Shown here: positions 1 to 12,400 of the stretch, piece by piece | Position numbering within the stretch: the first letter of the stretch is position 1 | How the letters are laid out: every line of letters starts with the position of its first letter | Source: Phoronis australis | Lineage: Eukaryota; Animalia; Phoronida | Assembly: GCA_002633005.1 (NCBI GenBank) | Contig: NMRA01000112.1 | Location: 446,629 to 510,628, forward strand | Direction: 5' to 3' | DNA length: 64,000 nt | The notes under the pieces: generated by a model | Told to the model about the DNA's origin: nothing | What the model saw: the letters and a program-made list of their open reading frames with translations, nothing else | Databases searched by the model: none | Translations under genes and position numbers: made by a program

Positions 1-346
1 AGTGATACGCTTTGTTACCAGAGCTATTTCTGACTTCACGCTGAGCAAAGAAACTGGCGAAAAACGTCACCCACAGGGCATCCTCTGAGATGTAGACAGC
101 GTTGTGTTCATGTTGCGTTCCATACGATGTCGGTTTAGTTTTCATGATTGTTGATGGTTATGGTGCTACACTACCATTCTTGGAAACAAATGTAATTTAT
201 CCATTATTTTTCAGATCAGGGATTTGGTTTGTGACAAATTTTGATTCTCGACTATCAAATTAGTATAATTTGCGTCTCTAAATGAAGGACACGTGCTGAA
301 CATACATGTGTGACGATTTATTGTTAACGATTCATTTATTTTATAG

Positions 347-478
347 CCGCCTATTTTGGTTTGATCGAAGCAAGTCTGTTCTCGAGAGATCTCTTCTGGA
401 CGGCACTCAACGACAAGATTTCATTCGCTTTCGCAACTCCAACATTACCCGCCTGGCTATAAACTTCCATGACAAACG
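347..478 (+). CDS. LRP-like gene exon (YWTD blade)
   Basis: ttatag|c acceptor, cg|gtaaac donor; [44 protein letters not shown]. Confidence 0.8.
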
Positions 479-3400
479 GTAAACACATCCCCTTCTCTCT
501 CCCTTGCCTTTCGCACTATCTTCCCGCTTTCCCCTCTAAGGTCCCTCTCCTTGTTTCTTCTTCCGTTTCTGGTGATTCTTCAAAGTAGACGCATATAGTC
601 GGAGAATTTCAATAAATTTTCAGCTCGAAATGATTCCAACGCAGTTCCATGTATCTGTGTAGTTGTAAATAGCGCTCTAGTATAAAGCATTCTATCAATT
701 TTTGCACACATTTTTTATCTGATTCAATTGCGAAATGATACAGTTGTTTAATATCTTTATTTTGCAGCATCTATTGGACCGATGTTACCAAAAAAACTAT
801 TGAATCAATTGGCTTATCTGGGAGCGGAAGAAGAATAGACTTTTCAAGAGTCTCTTCATCCACGTTGATTGGAATTTCATTTTTCAAGGTGCAGTCATTT
901 GTAGCAAGTACTATAAGTAAATGTGTTAATAAAGCGAAAGAATTTACGTTATTTTGATAAAAATATGAGAGCTTTATTAAAACGAGTTGAAATACATGTA
1001 CATGTATTTTGTCTGTCGGACTTTTCATGAAAGAGGTCGTTCGTACCAGTATGCTTTGGTCTGACGGTCTGTTGGCCGACGGCAAAGTGTTGTTTAATTC
1101 CTCGAGGCGTCGTTGAAGCTAGTTTTAAAATCTGACGATGGAGCCTTTTAGTCTAGTCGAAAAATGAGATATTATTATTTAAAAAATTGTTGAGATACGG
1201 TTCACTAAAAAACTTATTATATAAGCACTGAAAGTTGCACTTTATGTTAGTGTTTATATTGGCTTATGTACACTTTCAGTGTATTATAGATTGTAAGTAA
1301 TCGTATACATGTAATGCAAATCAGATGCAATGATTATGAAGAAAATTATTCCTTCTTAATGCTTGACCCTCAAAACATCAGTTTTCAGATTTCATATGTT
1401 CAATTACAGGAAAAACAAAGTCCTATACCATCAAGTAACGAAACATCGGTAATGGCGGCACTAATTTGCATAAAAAACGCATGTGTGACACTTTTTCGGT
1501 TTCTTAACATCTTTTTTCGGTTTTCGTACGTATTTCTCTTTGCAAAAATGCAACTTAAGAGTTGAAGTCCGGGGTGTGCACGGGGGCCATTTTTCGACTC
1601 AACTATTTGCGCGCACCACAAAACTTCAGTCTTGCGGCTAAATGTGCCGTGTACATGTATCTGAAACTATATAGACTGCAGTTCAAAAACATTCCATCAG
1701 GCCTTAGACATTCGTGTTATGAACTACCCATAAAGTTAGGTGTACATTTTCAGGATTTCCTTGTTTGGACTGAACAAGGAATGGAAGGAGGTGTTTTCAC
1801 AGCAGTCACAGGTTCAACTGATATGATCCAGAGAATTCACCATAACAGTTTGTCTGACATCGTGGCTCTAAGCTCAGAAAACCAGCCTGATGTTTTCGAT
1901 AGTAAGCATAGAATCGTTATTGAGTTTGCAAGACTTGTCGATTTCCTGAACATACATTCGCGAGCCGGTGCTCACTCGAATTATTGCAAGCGTGTACAAT
2001 AATTGTTCGCTCAATTATGTGGCGATTTATTTCTCAACTTTAAATTCAATGAAACTGATATGAACTATCTTCCAAGCACTCAACAGTAATAAGACAAGTA
2101 TTTCGTATAATTTCTTCTGGTGTATTGTTTCGCATATTTCCTGCATCTCATTTATGCATAGACGTCTCTCAATTATTCACCACTTTCTTCCTTTAGTACC
2201 TCATCCCTGTATTTTGGTTGTATGTATTGTGGTTTATATTTGGTTTTTATTTTATTTGAATAAGCTGTGTAATTTGCTCAAGAGCGATTTCTAGGTTTCT
2301 TCACAGCTCTTCATTTTTTTTTCTTTTATGCAATAACTATTTTCTCGTTTGAAAAATATTGTTCTTATCCTTGAACTTCAAGGCAGCGGTTATCATTAAA
2401 GTTGCCCACCGTTAAATGCTTCTCTTCATTGTAACGAGTTACCCCCGACGTTGCTCGCCACAAAAAAATCTTTGTTATCGCAAGCAATTATTGCAAATCT
2501 AAATTTATATTCATCTGTACTATTCAACTCACGGAATACGAATGTGCTTATACGTCGAGGAACCCTCTTACTCGGTATGAAGTCATTATCGGCCCGTGAA
2601 GTCAGCTCTAGAAAGCTACGAAGGGTAGACAACACAATTCATGTTTCCATTTGGGCTGTGCAAGAAACTAGAGATTTCTCTTTAAAAGGGTGAAAGAAAT
2701 TGCGAAAGTAGCTCTGGGCCATGCTTAAATTTTGCCGGCTTGTTTTGACGTGGAGTCTTTCAGTTTATGTTCAGCCGGTAGGCTACGGCCACCGACTTCG
2801 AGGTATATGACACGTCCTTTTAAATTTCTAGTTGCTCTTTGATTCCGTAAGGATACCATGTCTCGGTTTAGGACGGGTCCCAAAGCGATTTCACTTGCCT
2901 CGTGCATTTTTTCTAATTTCTAGATCCTTGTGACATTCGTGGAACAATATGCGATGGGCTATGTTTCCCCCTCGGTCCCTCGAACTCCACGTGCGCATGT
3001 GGTGAAGGATTGACTCTTTCGATGAACGGGACTTGCAAATCAGGTAATGAAATCTACAACAATGATTGTTTGTCTGTTGAACATAGGCGGATTTAGGGGG
3101 AGCAGGGGGCCCGCCCCCTCCTCCCCCCTTGGCTGTCGCAAAAAAATAAAACAGCAAGAGCGAAGGGAAATGTTGAGTTTATAAATTAACCCCGGTAATT
3201 AACATTATACGGCTGAAACAGGATTTAAATGTGTGCAGTTTTAGTGTGTTTGGGGAATTTGCTCAGATCCAATATCAAGTGTAACACGGCGCAATCTTAA
3301 CAGAACTATGGCTAAGTATAGGCTCTCCCGGGAAATCCCAGACTACCGGCAGTGGCGCTGCGCACTACGTCGTCTGCTTCACTGTGTAATTACATCATTT

Positions 3401-6400
3401 TTTAAAGAAAATTACTTCATTTTTTAAAGAAAATTACTTCTTATTTTTTGAGTGACGATGAAAAAACAGAAGCTGCTGGTAAGATGTGAATTTTAAACGA
3501 AGCCTTAGTGAATTACTCAGAAACTCATAATTCTCTCTTTGACAAACCTTAACTTAAGACGATTTCCAAAGCAATCACGTCATCAATGCCAACATAAAAA
3601 TCGGATTTGGTCTTTTGGGCAATTGAAAGCTATTTTAAATACAACAAATTTGTTATGAACTGATTGCACAAAATATAAACAGTGGCGGATCTAGGATATC
3701 ACAAGGGGGGCCCAACATTTTGTCCGGCTGGAAGCATTTGCGGAAACTGAACCACGATTGTAGATGCGCATAGCACCGAATGGGGGGAGGTCGGGAGGGN
3801 AATGCTTGATTTTTAGTGGAAAAAACAGAATTTTTTTCCTGGCGGGAGCAAACCCCCTCCCGACCTCCCCCCATTCGGTGCTACGCGCATCTACAATCGT
3901 GCTTTGCACAAATGTTTACAGACTGTTGGGCCTCCCCCTTGTGATATCCTAGATCCGTCACTGTTTTATTCGTTTATTTGTTGGTTGGTGTTTGTTTTTT
4001 GAGCGGCTACTCTGAATTCTATTTTGTCACATAATTTTAATGTAGCTAGAAAGTTTCTAAGTTGAACTACGTACTGGAGATCCTTTCCTACTCAGCTGTC
4101 ACGTGATTTATGTGCTTGGAGAGAACTGATTTTCCACTGAATCAACATATTGATCTGGATCTCAAGTACCTGTTAATAGGAATTGTCATTTGTTTTCGAG
4201 TCCAAAGAACACTTGTAGTATGGGTGATGAAGAAGATTTTAACTTGTGTCAACATGGGTGACTCGGTGGTTAAGCAGTGAGACGTTGTAACTGGTAAACC
4301 TACCAGCAATCACTTGTTTACAATCCAGTGAATCTGTGTACTGCGAAACCAGTTTCGAAGGCTATAGGGCGTTTTTTATAACTTAGCTCACAGCAATATA
4401 CCGTGATACTCTAAGTATTTACAACAATAACGTTAAAGTTTAAAAAATGGGAAATGGTATTTTTGTCTGTTAGTATAGTTCGAATTTGAGGAAACTTTAT
4501 TGTACACATTGCTTCAACTCTTTTGTTGCGTGATTGTTTTATTGGTTTTTAAAATTTCAGTGGTAGAGGTTCCGAAGAGTTTTCTTTTAGTAACGGACAG
4601 TGGGCTGAAAAAGGTATACATGGTTGACATGACATCTGACGAATATAATACGAAAGCTATTCCTCTGTCCCCGCACGAAAATCCCGTTGCCATTGACTAC
4701 GACTGGAATGGGAAATACTTCTACTGGACCGAAGTGGATTCTAATGTAATCAAACGGTCGTTTCTTAACGGAAGCCACGAAGAAGTCTTTTGGAACCTTC
4801 CGATTGGTAGGTAACAATAGTAACGTCATGTGGTTTTTGTTACTTTGGTTATCTTCCTAAATGTTTATGTTCTTGGCGAATTTCTCAGTTCATGTTTTTC
4901 ATTCTGTTGGTTTTAGTATTTCTATTTCTGAAACGAACGCGGCACACTGATGCACGGGATGATGTGCGTGAATAGTTCATTGTCAGGTACAGCTAGCTCA
5001 TTTTGCTAAATAACTATGAGCTTCAAATTTCAGTAGTCACTGCGAAACGAGGAACTGGTCTCCATCCAAAAATTGTGTCCAGGTTGTCCGATATGCGGCT
5101 GTATTATTTTAAGCCAGAGTTTTCCATCAATCCTCTACTTAGCGGCAAACCGCTGCGTTGACAAATACGTTTAATTTATTTGTATTAGCATTTTTGTTTG
5201 TCGTATTTTCAGATTCCATTACAGATGGCATGGCGGTCGATGCTCCTTCGCAGATGCTTTACTACACTGACACTGGACAAAATATCATCGCTGCTATTTC
5301 AATTCCAGAAAGACGTCACAAAAAACTGATAACAACTTCACTGGATCAGCCCAGAGCAATAGTAGCGAATTCGACTTACGGGTTTGTCACAAATAATCTC
5401 TTGCTTATCTCTACAGGACTTTTTCATGAGCATATGTTCTCTCGAGCCTAAAAGTATTGCTGACCCCTGTTTTTGTTTTTGTCTGTTTAATAATTGCGCT
5501 GTTACAGTAATAATATCAGTGAATTACCGCACTTAATTGTTTTCATTATTCAGTCAGTTAACTTATTTATGTTCGACAATTCTCATCAAATTTAAAATAA
5601 TAATCGCCATTGTTTTAAGCACATAAAACTAGTGTTCGACTTCAAACAAAGCTAAACTGTGTTATTACTTAATACAGGGTGTCCGAAAAATGTACTCACA
5701 CATCAGATGACAATAAATGCGTTGCCTATTGACATTAGAACAGATCGTTAGTTTAAATTCATAAAAATGGGAAGCAAGATAAATGCTTTTTTGATTAACT
5801 TGAGAAGGTCATTAAGCGTCTTTGCACTTTCATGAAGTTTCCGATAGCATTAGGCAAATATTTTTTGTTCTGAATCGCTTATTTGCTTTCCCGTGCATTC
5901 AGATCATTCGACTGCCGGCTTACCCACCTTCTTCCACAGCAAGGTGTAACCATGTAGTAGCCCTTGGCGCAGATTCTGATCCACTGGAACCAAATTTGAA
6001 TTTCCGGTGTTTTACTGAAGCGATAGTACATTTGGGACACCCGTTCCAAACACCGTAACACCATTCAAGAGTCTATTAAATGCAAGCCATTTCATGCATG
6101 CAGCTCACTGTAATATCTTACTACAATAAATTATATACCGTAACACTTTTCAGCGAGTCCTGCATGCGTGTTAGGGTGCGCTCCAGGATCAAGTCGATGT
6201 TTACTCTTGTTGCCAAGATTTTCGCTTATATTCAGCTCCGAGACTAGCGGCAATCTGTATTTCGTGCCGAATTTACAAAATGGCATCCTCAGACGAAAAT
6301 ACCGATATCCCAGAACTCTTAGGTCTCGTGACTTCACACTTGTTCTCGTTGCTCAAAGAAAAGGCAGTCTCATTGTGGGCACTGTAACACGCATGTAGGA

Positions 6401-9400
6401 CTCTTTGAAGAGTGGTACGGTGTATAATGTAGTGTAGTAATATATTACAGTAGGCAAGCATGCAACGGCTTGCATTTAATAGACTCTTGAATGGTGTTAC
6501 GGAGTTTGGAACAGGTGCACGGGACCACTATGTGGAATTACATTTCTTGTTGTTATACTTATTTGTACTCGTAGATATATCTTCTGGACTGACTGGGGTA
6601 CTCGTCCGGTCATAGAGAGAGCCAATATGGACGGTAGCGATAGAAAAGTGATCGTCAACACCGGACCTGGCACATGGCCTAATGCGCTAGCCATTGACTA
6701 TACAGGTACGCGTCAATGGGTCGCTTGTCTGAAGCTGTTACAGGAACGTTATAGGTCAAACAAAGTGTTTTAGATGACTTAACGCTATGAAACTGGTCTC
6801 AATCTTGTACCTCAGATAAATAATAGTTTTAGAGCTTGAGAAATACGTACAAGTCGTAAGTGCCTGAGATGAGGTGCATTTTATTATGCGCCCACATATT
6901 TATATGTGGACGCATTATGCCGTCATCTCCGTCCGTCCGTCCGTCTGTCCGTCCGTCCGTCCGTACGGGCGCGTCCGTCCGGCGTCTGGCGTCCAAAACC
7001 CTTTGACATATGTTCATGAAATTTGGCACATATGGTCCATTTATGAATGGGACGGCATGTGCGAACTTTCTTACGGATCTGACTACCGGTGTGCCCCCTA
7101 GTGGCAATTTTAGTTTTTTACGCTTACCTTTGTATCTTCAAAAGTCCTGAACGGATTTTCATGAAATTTGGTATGTAGGCACCTATTAGTGAGGTGACGC
7201 TATCCTGCCGTTTTCAGATGGATTCGACATAGTTTGCCCCACCTAGTGGCCATTTTTAGTGTTTTCGAGTCTGTTTTTGTGCGTCCACCCNNNNNNNNNN
7301 NNNNNNNNNNNNNNNNNNNNNNNNNNNNNNNNNNNNNNNNNNNNNNNNNNNNNNNNNNNNNNNNNNNNNNNNNNNNNNNNNNNNNNNNNNNNNNNNNNNN
7401 NNNNNNNNNNNNNNNNNNNNNNNNNNNNNNNNNNNNNNNNNNNNNNNNNNNNNNNNNNNNNNNNNNNNNNNNNNNNNNNNNNNNNNNNNNNNNNNNNNNN
7501 NNNNNNNNNNNNNNNNNNNNNNNNNNNNNNNNNNNNNNNNNNNNNNNNNNNNNNNNNNNNNNNNNNNNNNNNNNNNNNNNNNNNNNNNNNNNNNNNNNNN
7601 NNNNNNNNNNNNNNNNNNNNNNNNNNNNNNNNNNNNNNNNNNNNNNNNNNNNNNNNNNNNNNNNNNNNNNNNNNNNNNNNNNNNNNNNNNNNNNNNNNNN
7701 NNNNNNNNNNNNNNNNNNNNNNNNNNNNNNNNNNNNNNNNNNNNNNNNNNNNNNNNNNNNNNNNNNNNNNNNNNNNNNNNNNNNNNNNNNNNNNNNNNNN
7801 NNNNNNNNNNNNNNNNNNNNNNNNNNNNNNNNNNNNNNNNNNNNNNNNNNNNNNNNNNNNNNNNNNNNNNATTCTAATGCTGTGCTAATCTCGTATGTTG
7901 GTAAATTTGTTTTTAATGCTATGTTTCTGTGGTGCTTTAAGCAACTGATGCATAGGATGTGCTTGTATTATGAAGATCACTCACATTTTGCCCCTAGCCT
8001 ATTGAGGAGACAATGACCATGCCTTTCCATTTTGCAAAGTACAACATACTACATATATGCCCTCTACTGGCCACTTTATGGTACCAATAAACAACCCTAG
8101 AAGGATACCGTATGCGGTGCAATTGTGGGCGTATTTCAACGCTCTGCGTTGCTCTTGTAATGTAATTTCAAGATACATGATCAGTTCATTTTACAATCAT
8201 GTTACTGTAGTTCAAAATTCAACAATTATACCTCAGTTTGTACAGCCCTGAAAATCCTTTGAACTTAAAACCTTCTGACTTTGAAAATCCATTGAATTTC
8301 AGCTTTTAGCATTGGAAATATTTGGAAGACCTTAATTGTTAGCAGGTGGATGCTATTCAATGTTATAGTGCGCCAAAATCATTTTACATCAGGAACCACA
8401 GACTAACATTTATGACATCAGGTTATAATTTGAGTTGCTCTTTTCAAAGATTTTCCCAGTTGTAAATGGGGTTGCGCTTATAATGTACATATGTGCACAA
8501 AAATGGTCTTGAATTTACATTGCACTGAGCTTGGCTTGAACTACTGCCAAAAGTCCTTGAAAAGTCCTTGAAAAGTCCTTGAAATTGAATTTCTTGGTCA
8601 AAATGTTGCTTGAACTATGTTCGCATTTTAGATAGAATACCACTGTAATACCTTTCGCATATGGAAAACAATACCTACACATAAAGCCATCCAGCAGGAA
8701 GCTGGGTCTAGCAGTCTGGTCTAGTGGGACTAAAACCCATCGTCTTTAGACTGAAAGGCTGCAGCTCCACCAACTGGCCACGCTGGCGCAAGTTGAAATG
8801 AGAACAGAAGAATGATAGCACAAGCATGGACCGTTAACGTTGTGTATTCTTAATACAAAAAATGTGTCGTCGCCAGTCAGTAGGGGCACCTGGCACGTTT
8901 TCACGCCAACTACGCCGTCAACTCACTACTTCGAAGCTGACTTGTGCAATGGAAGAGAATGGCGCCTCCTCTGGGAATTCTACCAGAAAATATCGGTGTT
9001 GCGATCCTAGCTGTTACCTATGATTCATGATGACGGGTTCAATGTTTGGTTGTGACCGGTGAAAATTGGGGACAAAAAGGACTCGCGGCGGATGAGGTCA
9101 TTAAAAAGAGACTGTCGTCTGAGAAATATGGTTTTGTCGCGTGTAGTTACCTGTTTTTCTCGAATCTTAATTTAGTTCTGGTTGCAAATGGATTGCGCTG
9201 ACGTTTCAGTATGTACTGTTACGGAAGAAATGTCACTGTTTGTAAGAACGTCATTTGCGAGGAAAGTGTGTTCGTGGAAAATGTGTTGGTAGAAAAATAA
9301 CCACTGTTGGAGAGAACACTCGAAAATTTCGGACTGGTTACCCTGGAATTTATTTATTTCAGATTCAATTTAAAATTTTGCTAGAAAAATTGAGGTTCTT

Positions 9401-12400
9401 TTGGTTAGTTTTGTCGCTTAAAGTCTATCAAAACTCAATTTAAATTAATTTTGGTAAATTTGAAAAAATCTTGTTTTCGGAAAGCGACAACCGGAGCTTG
9501 ATCGAGACTAATGTTGTATAAAACTGATCGTTTACATGTGCTCACTAAAATATCGCAATTGCAAATTTGAAAAGTCTGAAACCTGTTTAAACATAAAGAC
9601 ATCATGATCACGGTGCTCTTATTAGACTGCATTGTGAAGTATGCCGTGTTATATGTGTGTGTGTGCGTGCGTGCGTGTGTGTGTAAAAATATTAGTGTTT
9701 CTAATGTTTTTTTCAGCTAACAAGTTGTATTGGTGCGACGCGAAATACAACAAAATCAACATGTATCACCTTGATACGGAAGTCACGGTCGCTGTCCACC
9801 GCGAATATGTAGCACACTATTTTGGAATGTCACTCCTGGGTCACAACATTTATCTAACAGACTGGATGAAGCCGTAAGATAATTTTTTGTGAATTGCAGC
9901 TAAGAGTTGGTATTTACATTTGCTGCACTTGATTAATTCTTCCGTATCAACCGAGTGAGGCATCTGATTGGCCTAAAAACCGGAAGTCGCCATCGAGTAC
10001 CAATTGCATATCTTAGTACAGGCGACGTAAATCAAGTGTAGTCAATGGATGTTGTAAGGGAGCGTCTCTGTTGTCCCAAATTTCATTGGTCCGACGGTGC
10101 GATAGTCCTAACTATTTCAAAAAATGTTAGGAAATATTGATTAAGTTCGAAGTTTAAAAAGTCCTAAGTTCTATAGTCCTAAAATCAGTAAAACTTGGAG
10201 ATCTCTGTAGTCCAAAGTTCTATGGTCCGAAGGCTCTATAGACCCGATAATTGAACCTTCGGAGCACAAAGAGACGGTGAATTTTGTTGTTGGACTACTG
10301 AACCTTCTGACACTACAACGTTTGGACTACAGAACCTTAGGACTGTAGACATGGAATAGGATCCATGGTTTCTAGCTTATACAGGCAGGTGAAGCAGTGT
10401 ACTCAACAAGTTAAAGTTATTCGCACGAGACACAAGAAATTTGGCTACAGTACTGTACTTTGTTTAGTAGAATCGTACTGTCGGAATTATGGCCTCCATC
10501 AAAGATATTTTCCCATGCAGAGGCTGTTGTTTTGTTGAGTGTCTCGCATGTTTCACCTGGAACCTGCGACTTCTCTCAATACATTATTTCACGCGTCGCA
10601 TGTGATGTGGGTACATACATGTATTGCTATGGGCGCATTTGACCAACGTCGCGCCCCTAATGGCCCTGCTGTTGTTTTTGTGTCCTCCCTATCCTCTGAA
10701 CTCTTGAAAAATCATGACAGAAAATGACAGCTTTGTTCTTTTTTAAGAGAGCAGTTCTGATTTACTTAGCACGCAAGTTTTCTAGCATTGCTCCGTTTAG
10801 TTGGAATGCTCGGAATAATGACCATTTCTTGGATCTGCGTTTTAAGCGATGCTCAAGATTGGTAGATGTCATTTAATTCCTAATACACCCCTGTACGTGT
10901 ACACGTATCTTTGCCATTTGCGATGCACAAAGCGAGCTCTTCTTTACTTCGTTTTGTGTGTGTGAAAAAGTTTCTCAACGGATTGGGCTTTTGTATAGAA
11001 ACAGGACCAATGTCGATTAGGCTAAACTTCGGACTCTGTACTAGAGAGTCTAATTGTACTACACTTTGATTACTTTGATGTTGTGTGGGGTAACTGTGCA
11101 TCATGCCTCCTGGATAAACTTCACTTCGCTAAGGAACTGAATAACTAAATTAACAAAACGACTTACATACCTTTCTTTAAAAATAGCTGTTCCTTTTCAA
11201 AGCCTTTGCTCGTTGTCTCCGATATAGAAAGTAGGCTTTGACAACAGATCTGCACTGGATGGGAAGATCTTGCTGGTTTTCTGCAGTCATCTGCTTAAAA
11301 CCAATTTTTGTCTATTCATGAACGGTACAGAAGCGATGCATATCTCCTCTGCACGGTACAAGCCCTCAAACCTATAAACCAAAGGTCAAGTGAAAACAGA
11401 CATGATATATTTCCATTTCAACGAATCATAGATTTCCGAAAGACATAGAATAGGGAGTAAACAGATAGTCTAATGGATATTTGAAACGCACCCTTTGCCA
11501 TGGCATTGGGCTTGGATTGTAATCGTAACTCACAAACCAATATCGAGTTAACAGCATGAACGTTCAGCATTCATTGATGTAACTGTCATTGATAAACGTG
11601 TTAGAAATCATTCCAAACAATAACACTGCTTTGATGTACGAAAAGATCCCGAGTGCTACGACAAGTATAGTAACACACATCACAACAAAGATTAACCCGA
11701 CTGGCGACTGCCGTGAAGTCGACATTGGCGAGTACCTCAGTTAACAGGCATCAGTAGAATAAACATGGAATCATCGTTAAAATAATCACATACCTTACCT
11801 TTGTATAAGGTCGTGCTTACTTCCTCTCATAGAATGTCCCTTTTCACGCGATCTCAGATTCGGGCACGGCTTCAAGCCATTTCACCATGTATTTAAAGGG
11901 CTCGCGAAATCGAGGCTGTTAATCTATCACCACTAGTACACGCGCGTCCTCTAGTTAGTGTAAATTTTCCGATTAGCCAGATTGTAAATAGCTTTCTGTA
12001 TTTTATTTCATGTAATTACATGTATTTCCGAATGGGCCACTTGAAAATCAGGGTATTCATTGAAGTGGACACCCAGTCTTTTTAAGGAAGTTTAAATAAA
12101 ATAAAATATTAAAAGTACTCTTGTGTATAAAATGTATAATTACAGTACAAAATTCAATGCCCATAGGTCGAATTTTATCTAAAAAATAACATTCAAAACG
12201 CCATCGCCATGCGTCGTTCAATTACTGACACCCACTGAATATACCATAACTGATCCTGTTTGGAATTTTACCCAGTCTTGTTGGAGGGACTGAGAACTAC
12301 ATGTAGTTAGGACGAAATGTGGTTTCGTTTATAGTTGAGCGTTTAAGGCCTCAATGTAAGATGCTTTTCTTTCAATTTTATCTAGATACATCATGCAGTA

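Noticed and set aside
1-346. Further LRP-like exon or start codon
   Set aside because: No reading with convincing splice sites and YWTD or signal-peptide character; the gene start is probably upstream of the window.
7234-8016. Long ORFs of 209-260 aa
   Set aside because: Artifacts of translating through the N gap.
8690-8790. Degenerate tRNA/SINE-like heads (also ~4255 and ~16405)
   Set aside because: A/B boxes too decayed to define boundaries or family.
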